A DNA stretch of 64,000 nucleotides from Octopus sinensis (taxonomy: Eukaryota), in contig NC_043003.1 in NCBI RefSeq assembly GCF_006345805.1, positions 40,424,001 to 40,488,000 of the forward strand, in the 5' to 3' direction. The notes beneath the pieces were generated by a model. That model saw only the letters and a program-made list of their open reading frames with translations. It was not told the origin of the DNA and made no database searches. Position 1 is the first letter of the stretch, and every line of letters starts with the position of its first letter. Positions 26,958 through 41,769 of the stretch are shown piece by piece. Made by a program: the position numbers and the translations under genes.

Positions 26958-29021
26958 CAATAACAGCAAGAATAACGAGAACAACAAAAGAAATGCAATG
27001 AAAGTGGAAGCCTGTGGTAAATAACGCTATAAAACGCTAGTTTCACAGCTTCACTAATATCCATTAACATCTCTACAAAAATGCAAAAGCCGTCAAAACC
27101 AACGAAACGAAACCTCGGTAATACATCAAATTTCCTTTTTGCATTGGATCGTTCTTAAACTAACACGTGTTGTGTATGCCCAATATTTACACTGATCGAC
27201 CGCTAACCACAAGGTGTAAAACACGTTAAACAGTCTATAAATTGAATCAATACCATAGAAAATCAAACCTGAGCCTCCAACAACACCAAAAGATAATTTG
27301 ACAAAAGTCTATTTGAAAATATATAAAAAGACGTGCATAAAGCTAAATAAACGACAAACTTACGATTTCGCCAAAGGTTATATATAAGGTGAATGCGAAC
27401 ATTTATCTTATGTTAAAAGCACCAGCCCTACCCCCAGAGAAAGAGAATAAGCAAAAACAAAAACAAAATAAAACGAACAAAAACAAATAAAAAAGAAAGG
27501 AAAAAAAAAACAAAAACAAAAATGCAGAAGAAAAACATTGAAAAAAATAAGAGAACCAAAAAAGTAATTCAAATATTCTAGGCGACAAATCTCGTATCAT
27601 CGGAAATGAACGAAGTTGTGCTTGAACAGGATATAAAGAAAACAGTACAAATAGAGCTGGGATGTTGTCTTTTTTTTTTTTTTGCCTTACAGACAGTTTG
27701 TCACAAACGAGAACTGACTAAGACAAATATGTATGTACACACGTATACATGTACACACACACACAAACAAACAAACATATATACATAAATATGTAGGTGT
27801 ATACTTAGATATGTATATGCATATGCACATTTTTATATACATTCATATAAATACACACATAGTTATATACACAATATATACATACACACATGTATAGACA
27901 CATACACACACATATATATACATATATGTGTGTATATATTGTGCATATAACTAAATGTGTATTTATATATATGTATATATCTATATATATATATAAGGTG
28001 CCAACATGCTAATGAAAGCATGTTATATGTGTGTGTGTGTATGCGTGTATGCGTGTGTGTGTTTGTGTGTGTGTGTGTTGTGTATGTATACATACATACA
28101 TATATATATATATATGTATGTATGTATGTATTTATGAATGTATGTGTGTATATGTGTGTGTGTGTGCCTGTGTGTGTGTGTAGGATACAAACATGGTAAT
28201 AAAAGCATGTTAGACTTGGAGATGTGGACCATCAGGAACAGCTATGAGAGAAAGCGGAGGTAGCTACGGAAAATAAAGGCTTAGAATATGAAGGGCGTGG
28301 CTCAAATACTTCCTCAAGATCTGCGTGACTAGCACAAGCCTAGCTCATTTGATTGCAATGCAGAACATTCTACTCAAGGCATACAAGAATCATGACAAAC
28401 AAAGGAAAGCGCTTGCTTGCTGGACGTCCTTGTAGTTTCGTTTCCTTTCTTTAACTCCCAATTCTTGGGATGGCCACAGGCTGGAGAAAAAGGAACTTGC
28501 CTTTTCGAATTAAGAGAACTTTTGCCATTATTTCTTGGAGAGCCTGTTCTTACTACTTGTGGTCTTTCCTTTGTCTCGTGAATGCATTCACTTCTAAACA
28601 TAGCCTTGAGATTAGGTATTTTCGCATGAACAAACAATAGAGTATATCAATCGATCTCAGGTGATTTCAGATTGCAGAGTCGTTAACAATGAAAGATTGT
28701 TGGGTACTAGTAGCAATATCATTTAGATTTTAAGGAACTATTAACACACTGACAAACTTCTTCGTGTGAAAATGAATGTTTAATTCCATCACCTTCATAG
28801 CCCCTTAAGTATGTGTAACCCTCCTCTGGTTCTGACTCCTTGTAACATTCTGTTGGTAAAGTGTAACGTTAGATGTTTCTATCACTTTCCCTCTGATAAA
28901 AGTTGATTTTGTGCATTTATCGAGGCTAAATTCTATCCTGATGACACCACTAAACTGTTTTTCAATTGCTAGTCAACCTTCTTGTTTCTGGTGAGTTATT
29001 ATTATTATTATTACTATCATT

Positions 29022-29290
29022 ATTTGATGAAAACTCACATCATATTTTGCTGGGTATGACCGAAAGTGTCAGCTGTCCACAGCCATCAGACTATGGTGAC
29101 ACTTGTGTATAGGTCATGCTTCAAGAACCCTGCAAAGAGTTCTTGTAGTTTCAAGAAAGGCTGATTTTTGTAGGTGTTCTATCTTTGCATTTATACCAAT
29201 CTTTTTGAGCCATGCTGGTAGTTGAGTGCTGATACTTCCAAGTGCGTCAATTACTATTGGTATCACGTCTATTTTCCTCATCGATCTCTA
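29022..29290 (-). mobile_element. R4/Dong 3' end fragment with (AAT)n tail
   Basis: Minus translation VIPIVIDALGSIS..L..WLKKIGI...IEHLQKSAFLETTRTLCRVL*. The tail lies at ~28996-29021. Confidence 0.8.
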
Positions 29291-29369
29291 TTTTCCTCAT
29301 TTCCCATACCACCCATTTCAAATCGTCGTATTTGAAATAATAATAATAATAGGAATTATTATTATTGTC

Positions 29370-29435
<66 letters not shown>

Positions 29436-29436
29436 G

Positions 29437-29615
29437 CAAAATGTTTAGCGGTATTTCGTCTGTCTTTACTTTTTGGGTTCAAATACCGCCGAAGTCGACT
29501 TTGCCTTTCATCATTTCTGGGTCGATACATTAAGTACCAGTTGAGTACTGGAGTCAATGTAATCGACTTGCCCCTCCCCACAAAAAAAATTCAGGCCTTG
29601 TGTCTATAGCAGAAA
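29437..29615 (+). mobile_element. SINE family B
   Basis: Family core and tail. Confidence 0.8.
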
Positions 29616-29644
29616 GGATTATTATTATAATTATAAATATTATT

Positions 29645-30415
29645 ATTATGAAATTCCCCTGTCATTTCATTCATTCTTCCAGGGCGTGACGTTAATAACT
29701 CGCAAACATATTTCTCCTCATGCATTTTGAGTACTGAAAGTGTAGCAGATTCAGAATATCTCCTAAGAATATGCACTTTTAGGTCTTTTTCAAAATTGCA
29801 ACAGTTTGATACAAATTGTTCGGTAAGTTCTGTCGAACTACCATAATTGTGCCTGACGTTATATCTGTGCCCATTGAATCTTTTGTTTAATTGTTCTGTT
29901 GTACAACCAACATAAATCAAATTGAGTTTCGTGCATTCTGCTACATTCACCAAATAGGAATCTCTACAGGTCTCACTTTCCGTGTAGATCATAACATTTC
30001 TCTTATGGTTCCTGATGGAATTCACTTAACTCATGTTGTTGCACAATGAACAGGGCTTACCTCTCTTGCGGCTGTTTTTCAAGGTACAACACACTGAAAC
30101 TCCAATGTTAGTTTTCTTGGAGTCAGAGGTAGAAGTTAATAGTTCACTTATATTTTTATTCCGTCTAAAGTCTACAACAGGCGACTGAGGAAATATTTGT
30201 TTGAAACAAGGATATTTTTCCGCAACATGCTGGTAACTTTCATGTAACGCTTTTGAGATGCCTGCGAAAATTCGGTGCCAGTAAATCACTAAAGGAATTC
30301 TGTCATATATTGTACTTTGTTTTCTAAAATTATGCGCGAAAGTTTGAGTTCCTTTGCTAATCTTAGCTATGTCATTTGCTGTTTCCTTTAATCGTAATTC
30401 ACCGTAACTACGTTT
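29645..30415 (-). mobile_element. Penelope-like element fragment (RT C-terminal linker plus GIY-YIG endonuclease)
   Basis: RIPLVIYWH...FKQIFPQSPVVDFRRNKNISELL, then C..C, then YLVNVAECTK..LIYVGCTTEQLNKRFNGHR, typical of Penelope GIY-YIG domains. Frameshift near 30025. Confidence 0.88.
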
Positions 30416-30744
30416 GACATAATTTCGAGGTCGATACATTAAGTACCAGATATCCTTTTATAATATCAAAATAAAGTAGATTGAGATGATTGATTGTATG
30501 TTACACCGAATAAGAAATGGAATATTTAGAAATTCTGGAAGTTACCTAAACAGTCGGGTGTCTAAGGAAAATCGTAATGTAAATTACAGCTTTTGCGTTT
30601 TATTCCTTCTTACAGTTGAGTTGTCAGCTCTTTTAGTTTCGTTAGACCCCAGTGTTGAGCCCAGTCCTGGGACAATGGATATCATCATCATCATCATCAT
30701 CATTTTTTTTAAGTCTGCCAACTGGCAGAATTGTTAGCATGGGA

Positions 30745-31105
30745 TGTTGTCTTGAGATTTGGTGAGAGCAGGTATCCTCAGATTTCAAGTATAACTTAGG
30801 ATATTTTTTTATAGAGTACAAGATTTTTGTACTTTTCTGCAGGTCGACAATGTGAGTCTGAATTTCAATATCCTTTAGCCGCTAGGTAACAGATTAGGTG
30901 CTGTATCAAGAGCACCAATTAGCATAGAGATAATTGTCCTCTCACTTTTCCACAGTCGCTTCAACTCTCTAGCTGTGTCTCATTATTTCTCAAATGTTTC
31001 AATTACTTTGGATTTTATTCTATTACCAGATGGTATTGTAATGTCTATGACCTTACACTGTTTCTTTCGTCCTCTGTAATTATATGTGGTTTTCTTGCTT
31101 TAAGA
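30745..31105 (-). mobile_element. R4/Dong RLE fragment
   Basis: Minus translation LKARKP.I / CKVIDITIP...K..E..EK / ELKRLW...LIGAL, with frameshifts. Confidence 0.65.
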
Positions 31106-31451
31106 AAGTGTAGATAAAACAATGCAAAAACCTACTCACATTCATATAGTTTAGGAAAGTTTGCGTTCTACTTATTCAGATGTTTCGAAAAATTTAAATT
31201 CTTTTTCACTTTGCCTGCTCAATGAAACACGGCTACAAAAATTCCGAGCCACGCCCCCCTTAAAAAGAAAAAAAATTAGCAATTCCCAAGCAGAAGAGAA
31301 AAAAGAGTAGAAATTTAATTGTATAACAGAATATTAATGTTGAACTTAAACAAAAAAGAAAACAATAAAATTTTAGCAGCAAAAAAAAAAGAAAATGTCA
31401 ATTTGAATAAATTTAGAAAATGTTTTTATCAACAACAACAACAACAACAGC

Positions 31452-31485
<34 letters not shown>

Positions 31486-31996
31486 GTAACAGCAACGAAG
31501 ACGACAACGACGACTGCCTTGCCAAACGAAAACATTACCGATATATCGCATGCATTGACTCCTTTAGTAGCATCCTAGACAATACAAAATATTTGAATAC
31601 GAATCTTTTAGTGGAGAAGGTGGCAACGTAGCTGAGACATTTTCCGTAAAATAACCTCTCTATCTGATGATTACACATAAGTAGATAAAAGCACAAAAAA
31701 AAAAAACAAAAAAAAAAACAAAACCCAAAACTCGTGTATCTCTGCCTCTTAGTAAATGGCTGAGGTTTTCAAATGCCCTCGAAATAGCTAATGAAAGGAA
31801 AACTCGTTTTGTTTTAGTAAGCTGGATCCTACGGGACTATTTCTGTTGTTTTGAAATTGAAAACACACCCTCCAAAGAAACATGCTCATCCATATACTCG
31901 TGCTTGGAGTAGAGAAATACAAGAGCACCGATCAGGAATATCGGCAATGGTATTAGCTCCTTATCTGCTGCCTCCTTTGTATCGATGTAAGGGCGG

Positions 31997-32266
31997 ATGG
32001 TCAGTGCAAGAGTGAAAACGGAGGTACATGGTCAAGAGGGAAACAGAACGAATTTAAAAGTGCTCATATCTCCTCAAAACCACAGGGATATAATGGGTCT
32101 GTATCCTGCTGCTGATGCAGAAACAAAGGACATGAGACTTTTGGTGCAGGACAGAAGACCTAATTGTTACACCTGTGGAAGCAAGAGCCATTTGGGGGAC
32201 TTTTGCCCCGATGAACTGGTAAAATTAAAAGAAATTTCACGAAAACGGATGGCAACTACATTGTAA
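31997..32266 (+). mobile_element. retroelement ORF1/gag remnant with CCHC zinc knuckle
   Basis: CYTCGSKSHLGDFC fits CX2CX4HX4C and is preceded by LLVQDRRP. Confidence 0.65.
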
Positions 32267-32900
32267 AAATACGCTCTGAATCATAAAAATCATCCCTGAA
32301 TTTTCCCAAGAAGTAGGCATCTAAACAAATTTCGTATGACAAGATATTTAAAAGAAAAATTGAAGATGCACTGTGGCGCTACAAAATTTGCGAGCAAAGG
32401 CAAATGAGTCACTAAGTCAAGGAAAGTTGGTTCATTCGGATAATTATGAAAATTTTCTGTACAGAGTCATGATAGGTGATGAAACACGGAGGTAGGGATA
32501 CCGTGTTTGAAAAAAGAAAAAAACCACATTTGTCACAGAGGGTGGGAACATCGTCACTGAAAACAGAAAGCACATCAGAGCTGTTCGAATATAAGATGGT
32601 GAGGATCGTGTTTTTGATAACATGTTTTGATAACGAGTAATATTTGTTTTAAGACACGCGTGCACACTCACACACACAAACACACACAGACACACACACA
32701 CACATTCACTTACGCACACACACACACACACTCATTCACACACATACAGACAAATATGAGAAAGAAATTCTTAGCTCATTCATTTTTACCAATATAGTCA
32801 ACGAATGTCTTCGATCTCAAACATTGCATCCTCATCCTCTAACACATGTGTATACGTATTCGTTAAATTATCTCTAAATGTCTATATGTAAACTTGCGTA

Positions 32901-33124
32901 CAATAATCCCTCGACTATCGCGGGTGTTACATTCCAAAGTACCGCGCGATAGATTAAAATCCGCGAAGTAGAAACAGTACTGTACCGTATATTTTTTAAA
33001 ATTATTTTTTATAATTTGTATATATTTATTTTGGTTATAAATGCAAAACAACACCACGGAGGGATCGACGTAAGCTTAAATATAAACCGCGATAAGTGAA
33101 CCGCGATATTGTGAGGGATTACTG
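32901..33124. mobile_element. Tc1/mariner (pogo/Tigger-like) MITE
   Basis: TIRs 'caataatccctcgactatcgcgg' and 'ccgcgatattgtgagggattactg', each flanked by TA (32899-32900, 33125-33126). Confidence 0.85.
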
Positions 33125-33200
33125 TACATATAAATGCAGCTTGTAGGCATGTATTTATGTAAGAATATACCTTATATATGTTTATGTATGGAAATCTGTG

Positions 33201-33234
<34 letters not shown>

Positions 33235-33479
33235 ATATATATTAAGACTTATATACACGTATGTGTATATATCAATATAAGCATAAATTCAAACGATGTA
33301 TGTTTATGTACATGTATATGTGGGCGTGTATGTATGCTAACATTTATGTTCTGAGTTCAAATTTCGTCGATGTTGAGTTTGCCTTTCATCCTTTCGAGAT
33401 CAATAAAATAGGTACTGGAGTCGGTGTAATCGATTACTTGCTGACTTTGTGCCAATATTTGAAATCAGTATATATGCTT

Positions 33480-33862
33480 ACTCTGTTACCTGTTTCAGTC
33501 ATTTGACTGTGGCGATGCTGGAGCACCGCCATTAGTCGAGCAAATCGACCCAAGGACCTATTCTTTGCTAGCCTAGTCTCTTTTGCCGAACTGCTAAGTT
33601 ACGGGGACGTAAACACATCAGCATCGGTTGTCAAGCGATGTTGGGGGGCAAACACTGACACATACACACACACACATATACATATATACACATATATACG
33701 ACGGGCTTCTTTCAATTTCCGTCTATCAAATCCACTCACAGGGCTTTGGTCGGCCCGAGGCTATAGTAGAAGATACTTACCCAAGGTGCCACGCAGTAGG
33801 CTTGAACCCGGAACCATGTGGTTGGTAAGCAAGCTACTTACCACACAGCCACTCCTGCGCCT
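33480..33862 (-). mobile_element. SINE family A, full length
   Basis: Head (reverse complement 'ggcgcaggagtggctgtgtggtaagtagc') and tail both present. Confidence 0.9.
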
Positions 33863-34425
33863 ATAAATAACTATATTTAGAGGCATCGACCGAAATCCTA
33901 CGAACGCGAAATATATCAAAATCACATAGGTTTATCCATATACACGTAATAATATCCTTAAAACGAACACACTTGCACTCAAAAGCCCATAAACAAGAAA
34001 ATGTCTACTGGAAACTAGGTTTCTAGGACACTCCATCCATTTGTCTTTCTGAGAAATTTTTCGACGTCTTAATTTTACGCCATTTTTTTTTATCAGTTTG
34101 AAGTAAACTAGTGACATGTTTGTCACCCGTGTGATAAATCCTTTGTAATCACAATGCCATATTGTTTAACTTATAAAATTTATATTATTTATGTCTGTAT
34201 GTGTTTGGGTGTGTAGTATGTTTCTCTTGTAGTCAGGACACGCACACACATATACATAGATTGATAAACAATCTTCCATGCACCCGTGCATACATACGTA
34301 TATACATACATCCTGTATGTGTTTGTGTGTACACACGCACACACGCGTATATATAAGTATATACACAGAAACATATACACATATGTATAAAGCGTATATA
34401 TGTAGGCGTAGAAGTGGCTGTGTGG

Positions 34426-34750
34426 AGGCGTAGGAGTGGCAGTGTGGTAACTAGCTTGCTTACCAACCATATGGTTCCGGGTTCAGTCCTAGTGTGTGGC
34501 ACTTTGGTCAAGTGTCTTATACTATAGCCTCTGGCCGACCAAAGCCTTGTGAGCGGATTTGGTAGACGGAAACTGAAAGAAGCCCGTCGTATATATGCCG
34601 GTGTGTTTACGTCCCCGTAACTTAGCGGTTGGGCAAAAGAGCCCAATAAAATAAGTACTAGGCTTACAAAGAATAAGTCCTGGGGTCGATTTGCTCGACT
34701 AAAAGCAGTGCTCCAGCATGGCCACAGTCAAATGACTGAAACAAGTAAAA
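34426..34750 (+). mobile_element. SINE family A with centre collapsed
   Basis: Head joins tail through only 'gtatatatgccggtgtg'. Confidence 0.9.
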
Positions 34751-35178
34751 AAGTAAACGAGTATGCACGAGATTGTATAAGTTTTTTATGTGTAAAATAT
34801 TTAACTGAGAGTCATCAGTTAATATGGCTAGTGAAAAAAGATTCCAGAAAAATACTTTTTCGTACTTATTTCAAATCGCTCTTCTGCCGTATTTGCTTTT
34901 CGTTCCTCCGCGGTTGATAAATATTAAATCAGTCTTGAGCAGCCGTTTTTGGAATCGGCAGAGCGAATGACGTAATGGACGCTGTATTTGTTCCGGGTCT
35001 ATCCGTTTTCAGTTCGAATCCAAATCGAGTCGTGAAAAACCCTTCGTGATATGCACTGAATATTTCGCTTCTTTTTACCTGTTGGCGCCTATCATTTTTC
35101 AGATCTGTCTTCCTCCTAAAAGAGATAAGATTAATTGATAGATAGGTAGATAGATAGATAGAAAGATAGATAGATAGA

Positions 35179-35228
<50 letters not shown>

Positions 35229-35584
35229 GTAGGAGGAATGAGAGATAATGAGGAACAGACAGATGGATAAACATAATGAGCAGGAAATATTGAACAGTAT
35301 ACTGCACTGATACTTCATTTATTTAACGGGAAACGATGAGATACACAATTGATAATGATGGAATCTGAACACATCTTGTATTCAACCATAACTCATACAG
35401 CAAACCAACTGCATGCTAAAAACCTAAGTTTCCTAAAAACTGTATTCCATATGTCGTCAAGCAAGTCGAGATTCTGTCTTCAGACTTTGGGTAAGATTTC
35501 AACGGTTGTAGGCGTCAATTAAGAAATACATTTTGAGTAGTAAACCCATTTACTTCTGTTTTGGGTTTTACTCTCCATACAAGC

Positions 35585-35790
35585 TTCGAATTCTGGCACA
35601 AAGCCGGTAATTTCGGGGGGGGGGGAGTAAGTCGATTACATGGGCCCCAGTGCTCAACTGATACTTATTTGAGCGACGTCGAGAGGATGAAAGGTAAAGT
35701 GGACCTCAGAGGGAATTTGAACCCAGAAAGTAAAGACGGACGAAATGCTGCTCGGCGTGCTAACGACTCTTCTAGCTTTCCACCTTCTTT
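35585..35790 (-). mobile_element. SINE family B
   Basis: Family core on the minus strand. Confidence 0.75.
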
Positions 35791-36329
35791 GCTCCGCGTA
35801 TTAATTTCATGTTTTATGATCAGGGATAAATAACTTGTGAATAATGTTTGAAAATATCTCTTTGAATGTCCATCTGTTTCACAAATATGTTTCAATATGG
35901 TGCCAAGATTCTGCTCTATTGATTTAACCTCCGGCTCATATATGATAGCCTCTCATCGCGGAATCCATTTAGCAGGAATGTTTTCTTGTTTCAACATAAG
36001 CAACAAGTTTCGGGGGGTGTAGCATGTCTTGCTTCATATCAGTGATGCAGTTAAGACTTACATTAAGTTTGAAGGATGAAAAGTCTTTTCATGAGTAGTG
36101 AGGAAGTGAGAACAAAGTATGTTAATATATCTCAAAGATAATATGTTCGGCCTACTCGAAAATTCACGAAACTCATATTAGCAATGTATTAACGAAGGGC
36201 TTATAATGTCAAAAATTATATAAATCAGTCGTATATTCATTATGTTCAATACTCCACACTTAGCTACATGCAACTTCTTGATCCTTTATACATAAATATA
36301 TACGTACATATATGCATACACACACACAG

Positions 36330-36441
<112 letters not shown>

Positions 36442-36694
36442 TATATATGTATATATACATTTTATCGTATAAGAGCTAATAGTCACACTGACACACAAAC
36501 TCTCCCATGCGCATTTTAATAGTCCAGTCATACACACACACACACACGCACACACACACACAGACACACACAAATATGCAAAGATATATACTCACACATA
36601 ATTAAATGTTATATACCATCAAATATTTACAAACAACCATACTCGCACACATACATTACTTTAAACAGACGCATAAATACTAAATGTATATATA

Positions 36695-36764
<70 letters not shown>

Positions 36765-36962
36765 CATACATATATACCCACATCATTACAAGCAAAGATA
36801 TAGAAAAGAGACAGAGACAAATTATATATATTCACGTAATATAGGTTTTCTCAAGCAGAGTGGCACCAATGTCACAAAAATATAACCATATCTAATTACA
36901 ACTAACGTATATAAGTCTATGTATATATATATATATATATTATATATATATATATATATATA

Positions 36963-37010
<48 letters not shown>

Positions 37011-38199
37011 AGATATAGATAGATAGATAGATAGATATAGATATATGTATGTATGTATGTATGTGTGTGTAATAACGTATGCACACACATCCTTTACTAT
37101 ATATATATTTATAATTATATACGCGTAATTATGTACGCATATCTATATACACTCACATAAAAAACCATAAATATTAAAGCAAGTTGGTCGTGTTTGTCAT
37201 TTGTGACAAAAGACTTAAATCATGCTCACGAGAGAAATTTGGCACAGGGTAGCAATACCTCGTAGACACACACACACACACACACGCTCGTGCGCATACG
37301 CACACATGAAAATAATTATATATATATATATATATATGCGTGTGTATATAAAATATATAATATATATGTACATATATGATACATTTAAGTATACATATAT
37401 AGATATATATTTGTGTATACCCACCCACACTGATACACACACAGATACTCACAGATACACACAGACCCACACACACACATACTTTATGCATATGTGTGTG
37501 TTGTATAGTTTTATTTTTGAAGTTATTCATCCGAAACTTCACACTATGCCTTGTAATCTCAAATGTCTCATCCGAGACATCACTTCCCACTCTATTATGT
37601 GAAAAAATTAAAAGATAAAAATAATTTTCAGAAATAACAACAACGATAACAACAACAGCTACAAGAACAACAACAACAGCAACAACAACAACAGCAACAA
37701 CAACTATAATAATAATAATAATAATTTATAAGATTATTGAAACTAAACAAAGTTTCCCAGAATTCCGTAACATCTTTGGTGGTCTACTCGAGGAGCATTC
37801 GTTCGTAAATATTGCTCCAACATGTAGAAATATCTAATCTGAGAATATATTTCATTTTGCAGTGTTTGTTTTCTAGTTGTTTTATAAAATATTTGGGTTA
37901 AACCTAAACTAAACGAAGAAATGTGTGATCGCAAACTGTGTGATTATCATTGCGTACTCTCCTAAATCTTCATCAGATTCACTGTAGCATGTAATACGAT
38001 CGTTTGTCAAATTTATATTCTTTTGTCAAAAAACTGCGACCCAGACCACCAGCTGTTTTACATAGGATTCTGCTTTTTACCAATTTAAAAAACTACATGC
38101 ATAGCAAACAGAAATACTGTTGCTATAGAATTGCGAATAATTGGTAGATAACATCGAAAAATAGCTTACATATCTCTTTCTTTTCCGTTTTTGACTTCC

Positions 38200-38570
38200 T
38201 GGGTTTTGGGCAATGGGGTAGTGACTATGGACTTTGTAGCCCTACACCACCGAAGTCGGGAGAATGATTTCGTTAATATTCACTTTAAACTGCTGTTAGC
38301 CAACACCTGTAGGAGACATGACCTGAAAGAGGGGAAGAAAATGCGAGGTTCCGGTGCTTTGGTGGAAGGGTCTGGGTATTGTGTTTAGTGCAGGGCCTAA
38401 GAGATAGTGGACATTACAAGAATGATGAGAGGATGAGATATAAGTGGGTTTAGAATGCCAACTCCGAGGAAGAGATCCCATTATTGGAACAGTCAAAGAA
38501 CAGAGAGATGTGACAGTAAGTCTGAGCTTTTCTCTGGATGTTGTGTTCGCAGTGGGCACAGAACTTAATT
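38200..38570 (-). mobile_element. L2/Jockey-group LINE 3' remnant
   Basis: Eroded C-terminal motifs, similar to 48330-48620. Confidence 0.4.
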
Positions 38571-39034
38571 GTTTATCTCACTCGAGTTTTGTAAAGTGTC
38601 ACATTTAGGGGAGCGGGACCGAAATATTTTTGGTTATTAAAGAGAAGGAAATTATTTATCGTTGAAGACATTTCTTGGACACACAATAATTATATAGGCT
38701 GTTGACTAATTGACAAATAACAACTAAGGATGACACTTTACAGCAAATATATATTAGTACTGATTTGTTTATAAACATTGTGCCATTTGCTGTAACACCT
38801 TACTATATTCCAACCACAACTTTCCTTGTAACATTTGCGTTTCTAATGAAATTACTAAATCACAGGATCAGACGTTTCGTCTGATAATCTGTAATTAATT
38901 TCCATCATATATAAATACGCATAACAACTTACATAAGTATCAAACACAGATACACCCTAAATTCTCTTCTTATGTTGGTTTTGACGATGGATATTCCAGT
39001 GTTCGATCAACTGAGCTATCTACTCATTGAATTA

Positions 39035-39248
39035 CGAGGGTGTACTGAAAAGTTCCTGGCTTCGGGTAAAAGAAAATAGAGGAAGATCAGTTAATTATGA
39101 TTTTATTCGCTATATTCCCCTCTCAGATTCACACACTTATTGCAGCAGTCCTTCAGTTTTTCTAAGCCTTGTAAAAGAACTCGGAAGTTTGGGCTTCCAA
39201 CCAAGCCATTCGCGATACCTTTAAAGCTAGGAACTTCAATACTTCTCG
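39035..39248. mobile_element. mariner-type MITE
   Basis: TIR 'cgagggtgtactgaaaagttcctggctt' matches 'aagctaggaacttcaatacttctcg' imperfectly. TA on both flanks. Confidence 0.8.
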
Positions 39249-39351
39249 TAATGTAAGTGGTGGACTATTCCACTGACATATGGACGATTAATGTAATCCT
39301 CTGCATTTTGCGACAGGCAAGGTTTTACAATGACAAGGATAGTCCTTCTGG

Positions 39352-39600
39352 CAGGGTGCATGACCTAGTGGTTAGGAAGTTGCACTCACGATCGCGAGAC
39401 CGTGGTTTCAATTCCTGGGCAGAGTGGTGCATTGGGTTCTTGAGCAAAACACTTCATGCTCAGCGGACGTGTAGTACACCGTGCACCTGTTCAGGCAACA
39501 TCGATTTGATGGAGGGAGTGACCTAATATACAGCACATACTTTTAACGAATCATTAACGAATCATTTGTGCTGGTTGTTCAGCAAGAAATTGCAGAACCA
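39352..39600 (+). mobile_element. tRNA-derived SINE (family D-related)
   Basis: 'tgacctagtggttagg...gtggtttcaattcc' A/B boxes followed by 'ttcttgagcaaaacacttca'. Confidence 0.7.
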
Positions 39601-40378
39601 TCTTTCTGAGACTACGAGACACTACCGTCATCACAGACCATCTAACTGGTTTTCATACAGTTACAGTTCACTTACAAGGCATGGATCACAGCAGTGACTA
39701 CGGAAAAAAAAAGCTCCTTAATAATTCAAAGCAATGCGAATAAACCTTGGCTTCGCGACATAACTGTGAAGCGAATTTTCTACCCACACCACCACACGTA
39801 CACACACGTACACACACACACACACACACATTACAAAACACACACACGCGCATACACACACTCACACTCACATACTCGCTCATATACACATGCATACATG
39901 CGTATTTACAAACACATACCTGCAGACACATTTTCAGGTGCATAGTCCATAAAAAAATCCATCCTTATATTTAGTTTTGTGTAAACAATACATTCACAAT
40001 AAAACTAAATCCCACTGAAGAAAATTCCTTTTATCTAGCAAAAACCTACCTCAGAAATAAACCACCATTAAAAGTTATTTGTCCTCTGTTGACTTTTTTT
40101 ATCCTTCGGTCTCATCCCATAAAATTCCCGCGATTTCTGTTAACTTTCTGAGAACAAACCTGCGTTATTTATATTTTTCAATTCACAGCTCTTCCAGTTG
40201 AAAACTTGGGAGGAAATAATAAGCATTATTACTACAACATTTTGAATTGCTTATAAGCAAACAACAGATTCGAACCTTAACCGCACGAATTTGACTCATT
40301 ATTTTCAATTTCTGCCTTTCCATCAGATACTAAGATCATTAACACAGCAAACTCCACCGATTCTATGCTGCAGCTATG

Positions 40379-40815
40379 ACCAACCAACCAACCAACCAAC
40401 CAACCAACCAACCAACCAACCAACCAACCAGCCAGCCAACCCACCAGCCAACCAATCAGTTACCCTACCAATGAACCAACCAATCAATTACCCTACCAAT
40501 GAACCAACCAACCAGCCAACTAACCAACCAACCAACCAACCAGCCAACCAGCCAACGAACCAACCAACCAAACAACACACCTACCAACCAACCAACCAAC
40601 TAGCCCACCTACCAACCAAACAACCAACAAGCCAACCAACCAACCAACCAACCTACCAACCAACCCACCAGCCAACCAGCCAACCCACCTACCAACCAAA
40701 CAACCAACCAATCCACCCACCAACCAAACAACCAACAAACCAACCAACCCACCCACCAACCAACCAACCAGCCAACCAACCAACCAGCCAACCAAACAAT
40801 CAACCAACCAACCAA
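40379..40815. repeat. degenerate (ACCA)n microsatellite
   Basis: Tetranucleotide periodicity, followed by compound trinucleotide runs to ~41290. Confidence 0.95.
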
Positions 40816-41050
40816 CGAAGAAGCAAACAAGCAAATCAGTCTTTATTGCCATCACCCTCCTCATTGCCATCATCATCATAATCATCATCATAATCATCAA
40901 CATCATCATCCTTCTTCTTCTTCTTCTTCTTCTTCTTTCTTCTTCTTCTTCTTCTTCTTCTTCTTCTTCTTCTTCTTCTTCTTCCCCTCCTCCTCCTACT
41001 GCAGTGCAGCTACCACCACCACCACCACCACCACCACCACCACCACCATA

Positions 41051-41105
<55 letters not shown>

Positions 41106-41712
41106 ACAAGAGCAAGTACTCTAACACCACTCACTACTTACTCCTGTAAACATTCCGTCTCATTGCCATCTACAACCATATCCACCGGAATCACCACCAT
41201 CACCACCATCACGACGACGACGACGACGACGACCACCACCACCACCACCATTACCACCGCCACCATTACCGCTACCATCGCCACCCTGATCACCGACTAT
41301 TTCTTCTAGTACTACTAAGTCAAAGAACTACCAGCAATACTAGCTTTTCCAACACTAGGAACACAAAAGAATACACAAAAACTATATAAAAGCAAAAAGT
41401 AAAAAGAAAAAAAAAACATCATGTCCATTCAACCAATCAACAAAGCAGACAGCATAACGACCAATCAGCTTCACAGTGATTTCTTATTCAGAGAGTTTCG
41501 TGACTTGATCTCCAAGACAGAAAACCATTTACTTTGAATAGAAACACTTGTTCTTTGAACAATAGGATTACATTGTTTGCTGTCTTACAACGGAAACAGC
41601 AATATAATTCTTGCGGACACACACATCTCTATTTATTTAGGAACCTATTATTATTATTATGATGATGATGATGATGATGATGATCATCATCATCATCATC
41701 ATCACCATCATC

Positions 41713-41757
<45 letters not shown>

Positions 41758-41769
41758 CATTGTTATTAT

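Noticed and set aside
40291-41134. 196-aa PTNQ-repeat ORF and 204-aa antisense ORF
   Set aside because: They are translations of (ACCA)n and trinucleotide microsatellites, with no non-repetitive coding signal.
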